The translations under genes were made by a program, and so were the position numbers. This document shows positions 57,376 through 64,000 of a stretch of DNA of 64,000 nucleotides, in pieces; position 1 is the stretch's first letter; every line of letters starts with the position of its first letter. The stretch comes from an uncultured Chloroflexia bacterium. GTDB taxonomy: Bacteria; Chloroflexota; Limnocylindria; Limnocylindrales; CSP1-4. The stretch spans positions 1,978,806 through 2,042,805 of the forward strand of contig CAVYBA010000002.1 of the NCBI GenBank assembly GCA_963766675.1, given 5' to 3'. The notes under the pieces were generated by a model. It worked only from the letters and a program-made list of their open reading frames with translations. It searched no databases and was not told where the DNA came from.

Positions 57376-57497
57376 TCAGAGTCGATGGCGCTGACCCGTT
57401 CGGGGTGCCGATCGGGTTCGAGCAAGCCCTCGATGCGTTCGGCGATCCAGCCGTTCCACGGGCCGGTCACCACAACCGTCCGATCGACCGCTACGCG

Positions 57498-58448
57498 TCA
57501 GGGACGAGGGTGCCGCTCCCCTCCCGCACCGTCGGCGGGATCGGACGCCGGAGCGACGTAAAGCCGGCGACGGGACAGGCCGGTGGCTGCTGCAACCCGG
57601 CGAGCGGCTTCGCTCCGTCCAACGCCGTCCTCCACGAGGCGCTCGACCTGGGCACGTGCCTCGCCCAAGAGATCCACGGCAGCCTCGTCGGACTCCACTG
57701 GTCGAGCGCCGGCCCACTCGCCGACCACCAGGGTGAATTCGCCACGTGCCGGGATGCGGCCGTCGGCGGCGGCGGTCGCCAGATCGCCGAGCGTGCCCCG
57801 AGCGATCGTTTCGTGGAGCTTGGTCAGCTCGCGGCAGACCGCGCCCGGCCGATCCGGGCCGCACGCAACGACCAGATCGGCCAACGTCCCGGCCGCGCGA
57901 CCGGGCGCCTCGTACAGGATCGTCGCGCGATCGTCGCCGGCAACGCGGGCCAGGCGCTGGCGACGCTCTCGCCCGCTCCGGGGCAGGAACCCCTCGAACG
58001 ACCAGCGAGGACCGACCACGCCCGACGCCACGACCGCCGCCAGAACGGCCGACGCTCCCGGGATCGGGACGATGGTTCCCGCCTCGGCTGCCCAGGCCGC
58101 AACCAGCTCCCCACCCGGATCGCTGACGCCGGGTGTCCCGGCGTCGGTCACGAGCGCGAGATCCTCGCCGCCGCGGAGGTGGGCGAGCAGGGCGTGTGTT
58201 CGTCGCGTCCCGCTCTGCGCGTGATAGCTCGTCGTCCGCGTGCCAATTCCGTGGCGGTCGAGCAGTCGCTGCGTGTGGCGCGTGTCCTCGGCGGCGATGA
58301 GCGGGACCAGCCGCAGGACCTCCATCGCCCGAAGCGTGACGTCGTTCAAGTTCCCGATCGGCGTCGCGACCACATACAGGGTGCCTCCACCTGCGCCGGC
58401 TCCGGCGGGCCCGGCCCGGGTGCCGGCCCCCCGGGAGGCCGCGGTCAC
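57498..58448 (-). CDS. rsmI: 16S rRNA (cytidine1402-2'-O)-methyltransferase
   Basis: GTG 58448 overlaps the nadE stop (GTGA). TLYVVATPIGNLNDVTLRA..AEDTRHT..LVTDAGTPGVSDPG is the RsmI signature. The track start at 58709 is rejected. Confidence 0.88.
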   Translation of the reverse strand: MTAASRGAGTRAGPAGAGAGGGTLYVVATPIGNLNDVTLRAMEVLRLVPLIAAEDTRHTQRLLDRHGIGTRTTSYHAQSGTRRTHALLAHLRGGEDLALVTDAGTPGVSDPGGELVAAWAAEAGTIVPIPGASAVLAAVVASGVVGPRWSFEGFLPRSGRERRQRLARVAGDDRATILYEAPGRAAGTLADLVVACGPDRPGAVCRELTKLHETIARGTLGDLATAAADGRIPARGEFTLVVGEWAGARPVESDEAAVDLLGEARAQVERLVEDGVGRSEAARRVAAATGLSRRRLYVAPASDPADGAGGERHPRP

Positions 58449-59332
58449 GCTCGTGCCGAGCCCGGCCGTCGGCGTGGGTACAGGTAGTCGACGCCGGCTG
58501 TCCGTGGCCCGAGCTTGGCGATGGGCGGGACCTGCCGCTTGAATTCGGCACCCGCGACCATCCGGTCGACACGCTCGACCATCGCCGGTTCGAACCCGAG
58601 CGCCGCCATCTCCTCGTCCGAGCGGCGCTTGTCGATCCGCCAGAACAACAGGCGATCGAGCGTCGGGTAGTCGAACCCGCCCTCCGCTTCGTCGGTCTGA
58701 CCCGGCCACAGGTCCGCGGTCGGTGCCTTGCGGACGATCGCGTCGGGGACGCCGACGGCCACCGCCAGCTGGCGGACCTGGCTCTTGTACAGGTCCCCGA
58801 TGGGATTGAACGCGCAGGCCGAGTCGCCGAACAGGGTCGTGTAGCCGATCAGCGATTCCGTCTTGTTGCCGGTTCCCACGACGAGCCCGGCCCGCGTCAC
58901 CGATCGGTCGTACAGCACGGCCATCCGCATCCGCGCGGCGAAGTTGCCGCGGCGGAGCGGGCTCGCCGCGATGGCTTCGCGTCCGGCCGCGCCCACGGCG
59001 TCACCCATCCCGAAGTACCCGTCGACCATCGCGGTGATCTCGATGAGCTCGCTCGAGCAGCCGAGCGCCATCACGACCGCCTCGGCGTCCGCTCGCGAGG
59101 CCGGCGACGATGCCCGGTACGGCATCAACACCGTATGGAGCCGCTCGGGACCGATCGCCTCGGCCACGAGGTACGCGACGAGTGCCGAATCGATGCCGCC
59201 CGACAGCCCCACCACCGTCTGCTCGAAGCCGGCCTGGCGGAGCTGGCCCCGGATGAATTCGGCGATCACCCGGCGAGCCACATCCGTGTCGATGGCCAGC
59301 TCGGCCGGCAGGACGAACAGCGTCTCGGTCAT
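58445..59332 (-). CDS. nadE: NAD+ synthetase, synthetase (ATP-pyrophosphatase) subunit only
   Basis: 295 aa with a P-loop-like GLSGGIDSALVA. ATG overlaps the stop of the upstream CN-hydrolase gene (ATGA). Confidence 0.92.
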   Translation of the reverse strand: MTETLFVLPAELAIDTDVARRVIAEFIRGQLRQAGFEQTVVGLSGGIDSALVAYLVAEAIGPERLHTVLMPYRASSPASRADAEAVVMALGCSSELIEITAMVDGYFGMGDAVGAAGREAIAASPLRRGNFAARMRMAVLYDRSVTRAGLVVGTGNKTESLIGYTTLFGDSACAFNPIGDLYKSQVRQLAVAVGVPDAIVRKAPTADLWPGQTDEAEGGFDYPTLDRLLFWRIDKRRSDEEMAALGFEPAMVERVDRMVAGAEFKRQVPPIAKLGPRTAGVDYLYPRRRPGSARA

Positions 59333-60318
59333 CGCGTTCGCTCGCGCAGATCGGGGACCCGGAGCGGTCGCGGCGCCGGGCGGTCCGCCGGCTTCAGGTC
59401 GGACCGGGGCTCGGCGTCAGGCTCGGCATCGGCCTCGGCGGCGATCCCCGCCCGCTCGGCGATGATCCGCGACAGCTCCCGGACGTGGAGCTCCGGCCGC
59501 TCATCACGTAGCAGCGGCAGCGCAATCCGCTCGCGCCGAACGTCCTGCAGGGCAACGTCCACGACGAACAGGCCCTCGTCATACAGCGGTGCGCTGAACA
59601 CCGCCCGGCCCGACGGCGCGATCACCTCGGAGCCACCCCAGAACGAGATCGATTCGTCGATGCCCACCCGGTTGCAGAAGACGACGAACGACGTCGTGAG
59701 CTGGGCGTACGTCCGCATCAGCGTTCGCCACGAGGTGGCCGTGCCCAGCCCGACCTCGTTGACGGCGGCCAGGTCCCGGCCTGGCGACGACGAGACGTTG
59801 ACGAGGATCTGGGCTCCGTCGAGGGCCAGCAGCTGCGGCAGTGACAGGTGCCAGAAGTCCTCGCAGATCCCGATCCCCACGCCGACCCCCAGCCGAGACG
59901 GGACCGCGCGCACACTGTCACCCTGGGCGAAGAACCGTCGCTCGTCGAACAGTCCGTAGGTCGGCAGGAACAGCTTTCGATGGACGTGCCGCAGCTCGCC
60001 GTCCTCGAACAGGCCGGCCGCGATGAACAGTCGATGGTCGGCCGACTCCTCGACGAACGACGCGATCGCGGACAACCCGGTCGTCGACGCCGCGAGCGTG
60101 GCCAGTCGCGGGTCGTCGAGGCGCATCGCGACCTCGGACGCGAGGTCCTGGAGCTGATAGCCCGTCAGGCCGAGCTCGGGGAAGACGACGAGATCGGTCC
60201 CGCGGTCGCGCGCCTCGTCAATCAACCCCAGGTGCCGCTCCAGGTTGGCGTCGAGCGCACCAAGCCGTGGCGCGACCTGGGCGAGGGCGATTCGGAGCGA
60301 TTTCACGTGGCTGAGCAT
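59329..60318 (-). CDS. Carbon-nitrogen hydrolase (nitrilase superfamily), likely stand-alone glutaminase partner of NadE
   Basis: 329 aa. Glu-Lys-Cys triad context: VVFPELGLTGY, HRKLFLPTYG, GIGICEDFWH. Translationally coupled to nadE. Confidence 0.85.
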   Translation of the reverse strand: MLSHVKSLRIALAQVAPRLGALDANLERHLGLIDEARDRGTDLVVFPELGLTGYQLQDLASEVAMRLDDPRLATLAASTTGLSAIASFVEESADHRLFIAAGLFEDGELRHVHRKLFLPTYGLFDERRFFAQGDSVRAVPSRLGVGVGIGICEDFWHLSLPQLLALDGAQILVNVSSSPGRDLAAVNEVGLGTATSWRTLMRTYAQLTTSFVVFCNRVGIDESISFWGGSEVIAPSGRAVFSAPLYDEGLFVVDVALQDVRRERIALPLLRDERPELHVRELSRIIAERAGIAAEADAEPDAEPRSDLKPADRPAPRPLRVPDLRERTR

Positions 60319-60482
60319 ACGCGAAGGGTCTCGCCTCGGGCTGGCGACAGGGTCCTGCGGGTGCTAGGCTTCCGGGCACCCGCGCGGCCGTTGGGCAGCG
60401 CGCGGTCGCGCTCCGCCCCCGAAGGCCCGGACTGGGAGGCATGACGGACCGGACGAGGGGCTCAAGTGGAGGAGTTGGGAGT

Positions 60483-62267
60483 ATGACCCGATCACCCAAG
60501 TGGTCGCCCAGGTTCGCGGTGCTTGCCGCGACGGCCGCGCTCGTCTTCGCGGCCTGTGGTAGCAGCACCACGTCGACGGCGCCCAGCGTCGCGCCGGCCA
60601 GCGAAACACCGGCCAGTCAGGCGCCGGCATCCGCCTCGGCGGAGGCGTTCACGCCGATGGTCTACCCGGCGACCGGCGAGGCCCCGTGCGGCCAGGCGGC
60701 GGCCCCGGATGCGACCCACGACAAGTACGCCGGCGAGTTCAAGAAGATCACGGCGGTGGACGCCAAGACCGTCATCTTCGACCTGTGCAACCCCGACGTG
60801 GCATTCCTGTCCAAGATCGCGTTCAGCTCGTTCGCGATCAATGACACCGCGTGGCTGCAGTCGCACATCGATCCCAACAAGACCGAGAACCAGGCGATCG
60901 TCGACCAGGTCAACGGCACCGGCCCGTACAAGCTGGATGCCTGGAACCGCGGCTCCGACGTCACCATGAGCCGGTTCGACAATTACTGGGGCGACAAGGC
61001 CAAGACCGACAAGCTCATCATCCGCTGGAGTTCGGAGGCAGCCCAGCGCCTCGTCGAGCTCCTCTCGCCCACGGTCGACGGAATCGACAACGTCGGCCCG
61101 ACCGACTTCGACACCGTCAAGAACAACCCGGATCTCCAGCTCAAGGAGCGGCCCGGGCTGAACACGTTCTACATCGGCATGAACAACACGTACGCGCCGT
61201 TCGACAACGAGAAGGTGCGCCAGGCGATCGCCATGGGCATCGACCGGCAGCGGATCGTCGACAACTTCTACCCGCCAGGATCAGAGGTCGCCACGCACTT
61301 CACGCCGTGCGCCATTCCGAACGGCTGCGCCGGCGATGACTGGTATGAATTCGACGCAGCCAAGGCCAAGCAAATGCTCGCCGATGCCGGCTACCCCAAC
61401 GGGTTCAAGACCGTGATCAACTATCGCGACGTCGTCCGCAGTTACCTGCCGGACCCGAAGACTGTCGCGACCGACATCCAGGCGCAGCTGAAGGCCAACC
61501 TGAACATCGACGCGACGATCGAAGTCCAGGAGTCGGGCACCTTCCTCGACAACGCGGCGGCCGGCAAGCTGACCGGGCTTCACCTGCTCGGCTGGGGCGT
61601 CGACTATCCGGATATCACCGACTTCCTCGACTACCACTTCGGCGCCGGCGCCTCCAAGCAGTTCGGCAACAAGTGGGACGACATCACCTCCGCCCTCACG
61701 ACCGGCGGCCAGGGCGCCAACGACGACGCCCGCAAGCCGGCCTATGAAGCGGCCAACAACGCGATCCGGACGCATGTCCCGATGATCCCGGTCGCCCACG
61801 GCGGTTCCGGCGTCGCGTATCGGGCGGATGTCCAGAACGCGCACTCGTCCCCGCTCGGGAACGAGTATTTCGCGGTCATGACCCCCGGTGACCGGACGCA
61901 GTTCGTGTTCATGCAGAACGCCGAGCCGCCCGGACTGTATTGCGCCGACGAGACCGACGGTGAGTCGCTCCGCGTCTGCGAGCAGATGACCGAGGCCCTG
62001 TACGGCTACGAGGTCGGCGGCAGCGCTGCCATCCCGGCCCTCGCCACCGAGTGCAAGCCGAATGCCGAGCTGACCCAGTGGACCTGCACGCTGCGGGACG
62101 GTGTGACCTTCCACGACGGCTCCACGCTCGACGCCAACGACGTCGTCCTGTCATATGCGGTCCAGTGGGACGCGGACAACCCGCTCCACAAGGGCCGGAC
62201 CGGCGACTTCACCTACTTCCCCGGTCTGTTCGGCGGGTTCCTGAACCCGCCCGTCCCGGCGCAGTAG
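60483..62267 (+). CDS. ABC transporter substrate-binding lipoprotein, family 5 (peptide/nickel type)
   Basis: ATG 60483 after GGAGGAG. Lipobox VFAAC. DppA/OppA-like body. The track start at 60441 is rejected. Confidence 0.88.
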   Translation: MTRSPKWSPRFAVLAATAALVFAACGSSTTSTAPSVAPASETPASQAPASASAEAFTPMVYPATGEAPCGQAAAPDATHDKYAGEFKKITAVDAKTVIFDLCNPDVAFLSKIAFSSFAINDTAWLQSHIDPNKTENQAIVDQVNGTGPYKLDAWNRGSDVTMSRFDNYWGDKAKTDKLIIRWSSEAAQRLVELLSPTVDGIDNVGPTDFDTVKNNPDLQLKERPGLNTFYIGMNNTYAPFDNEKVRQAIAMGIDRQRIVDNFYPPGSEVATHFTPCAIPNGCAGDDWYEFDAAKAKQMLADAGYPNGFKTVINYRDVVRSYLPDPKTVATDIQAQLKANLNIDATIEVQESGTFLDNAAAGKLTGLHLLGWGVDYPDITDFLDYHFGAGASKQFGNKWDDITSALTTGGQGANDDARKPAYEAANNAIRTHVPMIPVAHGGSGVAYRADVQNAHSSPLGNEYFAVMTPGDRTQFVFMQNAEPPGLYCADETDGESLRVCEQMTEALYGYEVGGSAAIPALATECKPNAELTQWTCTLRDGVTFHDGSTLDANDVVLSYAVQWDADNPLHKGRTGDFTYFPGLFGGFLNPPVPAQ

Positions 62268-62291
62268 GCTCGAACCCCACCCAGCGCGAAC

Positions 62292-62324
62292 ACGAAGGGC
62301 GCCGCCACCGGCGGCGCCCTTCGT
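62292..62324 (+). terminator. Perfect 15-bp hairpin between the binding-protein and permease genes (attenuator / mRNA-stabilising hairpin)
   Basis: ACGAAGGGCGCCGCC-acc-GGCGGCGCCCTTCGT, 25 nt after the stop at 62267. No U tract. Confidence 0.5.
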
Positions 62325-62377
62325 GAATCCCCGACACCCACGCGATCCACCCCAAGAACGCAAGAAGCCCGGAGCGA

Positions 62378-63454
62378 ATGACCCGTTACCTCGTCCGGCG
62401 CCTCCTGTCGAGCATCCCGGTCCTCATCGGGATCATCGTGCTGGTCTTCGTGCTCGTCCGGGTCATCCCGGGAGAACCCTGCACGGCGGCCTACGGCGAA
62501 AAGGCGACGCCCGTCGTGTGCGCCGCCTTCACCGCCCGCTTCGGGCTCGACAAGCCGATCCCCGAGCAATTCGTGATCTATGTCGGCTCGCTGGCACAGG
62601 GCGACTTCGGCAGCTCGATCCGCTACGGCCGCCCGGTCGCCGACATCCTCGTCGAGCGGCTCCCGGTCACCGTAGAGCTGACGGTCGTCGCGCTTCTGTT
62701 CGCCAGCGTGGTCGGCATCCTGCTCGGCCTCGTGTCGGCGACCCGCCGCAACTCGCCGGTCGACGCCGGCACGATGGTCATCGCCAACCTCGGCGTGTCG
62801 ACCCCGGTCTTCGTGCTCGGCCTGTTCCTCGCCTTCGTCTTCGCGGTGCTGCTGAAGGGCACACCGTTGTCGCTGCCCCCCTCCGGGCGCCTGTCACCGG
62901 GCGTTGAGGTCGTCCCGCTCGCCCAGGCGTGGGGCCTCACCGGCCTGAGCGGTCCGCTCCGTGGCCTGATCGACTTCGTCTCGAACATGTACGTCCTGAA
63001 CGGGCTGCTGACGCTCAACTTCAGCCTGTTGATTGATGCGCTGCGCCATCTCATCCTGCCCGCCGTCGCCGTCGGCACGATCCCGCTCGCGATCGTGGCC
63101 CGGATGACCCGTTCCAGCCTGCTCGAGGTGCTCGGCCTCGACTACGTCAGGACGGCCCGGGCGAAGGGTCTCAAGGAGCGGTCGGTCGTGGTCCGCCACG
63201 CGATGCGCAACGCGCTCCTCCCCGTCGTCACGGTCATCGGCCTGTCGCTCGGCGGCTTCCTGTCCGGGGCCGTCCTGACCGAGACGATCTTCAACCTGAC
63301 GGGCATGGGCAAGACGCTGTTCGAGTCGATCCAGAGCCGCGACTACATCGTCATCCAGGGGGTGACCGTCGTGGTGGCCCTGATCTACCTGGTGGTCAAC
63401 CTGATCGTCGACGTGTCATACGCGTTCCTCGATCCGCGGATCCGGCTGTCATGA
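62378..63454 (+). CDS. ABC transporter permease (DppB/OppB-like)
   Basis: 358 aa. N-terminal MTRYLVRRLLSSIPVLIGIIVLVF and an EAA-loop region YVRTARAKGL. Confidence 0.9.
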   Translation: MTRYLVRRLLSSIPVLIGIIVLVFVLVRVIPGEPCTAAYGEKATPVVCAAFTARFGLDKPIPEQFVIYVGSLAQGDFGSSIRYGRPVADILVERLPVTVELTVVALLFASVVGILLGLVSATRRNSPVDAGTMVIANLGVSTPVFVLGLFLAFVFAVLLKGTPLSLPPSGRLSPGVEVVPLAQAWGLTGLSGPLRGLIDFVSNMYVLNGLLTLNFSLLIDALRHLILPAVAVGTIPLAIVARMTRSSLLEVLGLDYVRTARAKGLKERSVVVRHAMRNALLPVVTVIGLSLGGFLSGAVLTETIFNLTGMGKTLFESIQSRDYIVIQGVTVVVALIYLVVNLIVDVSYAFLDPRIRLS

Positions 63455-64000
63455 CCCTGAACCCCGGAAGCGCCGACGTCCTGACGGCCGGTCCGCCGGA
63501 AGCGATGGCCACGCAGCGAGGTGCGTCGCTGACCCGCGACACCCTCCGGAACATCGTGCGCCAGCGTTCCGCCCTGATCGGCCTGACGATCCTGATCAGC
63601 CTCTTCCTGATCGCCCTTTTCGCGCCGCTCATCGCTCCCTTCAACCCCGACACGTCGATGCTCGATCTGGGCGAAGCCGGTAAGCGTGGCGCCGCGCCCT
63701 GTGTCCACCTGTTCGGTTGCGCCTCGACCGCGACACAGCACCTGATGGGCCTCGACTCGAACCTTCGAGACGAGTTCAGCCGGGTCATCTTCGGGTCGCG
63801 GGTGTCGCTGCCGATGGGCTTCCTGACGGTCGGCTTCGCGATCGTGCTCGGCACGCTGGTCGGGTCGGTCGCCGGGTTCGCCGGGGGCTGGGTGGACAAC
63901 GTCCTGATGCGGTTCATGGACATCGTCCTGTCGTTCCCGAGCCTGATCCTGGCGATCGCGATCGTGACCGTCCTCGGCCCGGGACTGTTCAACTCGCTCC
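63451..64000 (+). CDS. ABC transporter permease (DppC/OppC-like), partial; runs off the right edge
   Basis: ATG 63451 overlaps the previous stop (ATGA). Open to the window end, so absent from the ORF track. ..LIGLTILISLFLIALFAPLIAPFNP..GLDSNLRDEFSRVIFGSR.. Confidence 0.85.
   Translation, partial: MTLNPGSADVLTAGPPEAMATQRGASLTRDTLRNIVRQRSALIGLTILISLFLIALFAPLIAPFNPDTSMLDLGEAGKRGAAPCVHLFGCASTATQHLMGLDSNLRDEFSRVIFGSRVSLPMGFLTVGFAIVLGTLVGSVAGFAGGWVDNVLMRFMDIVLSFPSLILAIAIVTVLGPGLFNSL

Overview
Very GC-rich (by eye about 70% G+C, not computed) bacterial chromosomal segment made almost entirely of core metabolism and information-processing genes. I recognised no rRNA, CRISPR array, transposase, integrase or phage genes. 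I support about 55 protein genes and one tRNA-Leu(CAA).

Gene order, left to right:
- ECF sigma / anti-sigma pair; the anti-sigma ORF runs off the left edge and is absent from the ORF track
- tRNA-Leu, TerB-like protein, dnaE, a MIP channel, a small zincin
- BMP-type (nucleoside-like) ABC uptake operon ending in a frameshifted nucleoside hydrolase
- P450 plus CoA-binding protein, gatB
- LacI regulator with twin palindromic operators, a relic of a sugar ABC permease, and a GH94 cellobiose-phosphorylase-like gene
- aminotransferase, gatC-gatA, GNAT, zinc-ribbon protein
- ligA, FMN-dependent hydroxyacid dehydrogenase, pcrA, LprG-like lipoprotein
- CIRCE-controlled groES-groEL, a lipoprotein, tatD, a frameshifted mini-VOC gene, metG
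- a 13.4-kb co-directional purine operon: purA-purD-purB-purC-purS-purQ-purL-purF-purM-purN::purH
- a GGDEF/HD-GYP protein, a secreted papain-fold protein, ssb
- CN-hydrolase + nadE + rsmI, and the start of a peptide-type ABC importer

Most noteworthy observations:
- an in-frame PurN-PurH fusion
- a 486-bp purA upstream region with a promoter-like hexamer, about 180 nt of structured sequence and a hairpin+U5 terminator (candidate attenuator or sRNA)
- a perfect 15-bp inverted repeat closing the purF-purM spacer
- a recurrent TAnnnT-N6-start-codon (leaderless) architecture at seven genes
- two frameshifted genes and one permease relic
- a split glutamine-dependent NAD synthetase
- a MIP channel with NPG/NTA in place of both NPA boxes

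I found no clear-cut novel multi-gene system such as a defence island. The unusual items are individual fusions, decayed genes and non-coding elements. Lineage guess (Actinomycetota- or Chloroflexota-like) is inference only. The many long track ORFs antisense to real genes are treated as high-GC artefacts.
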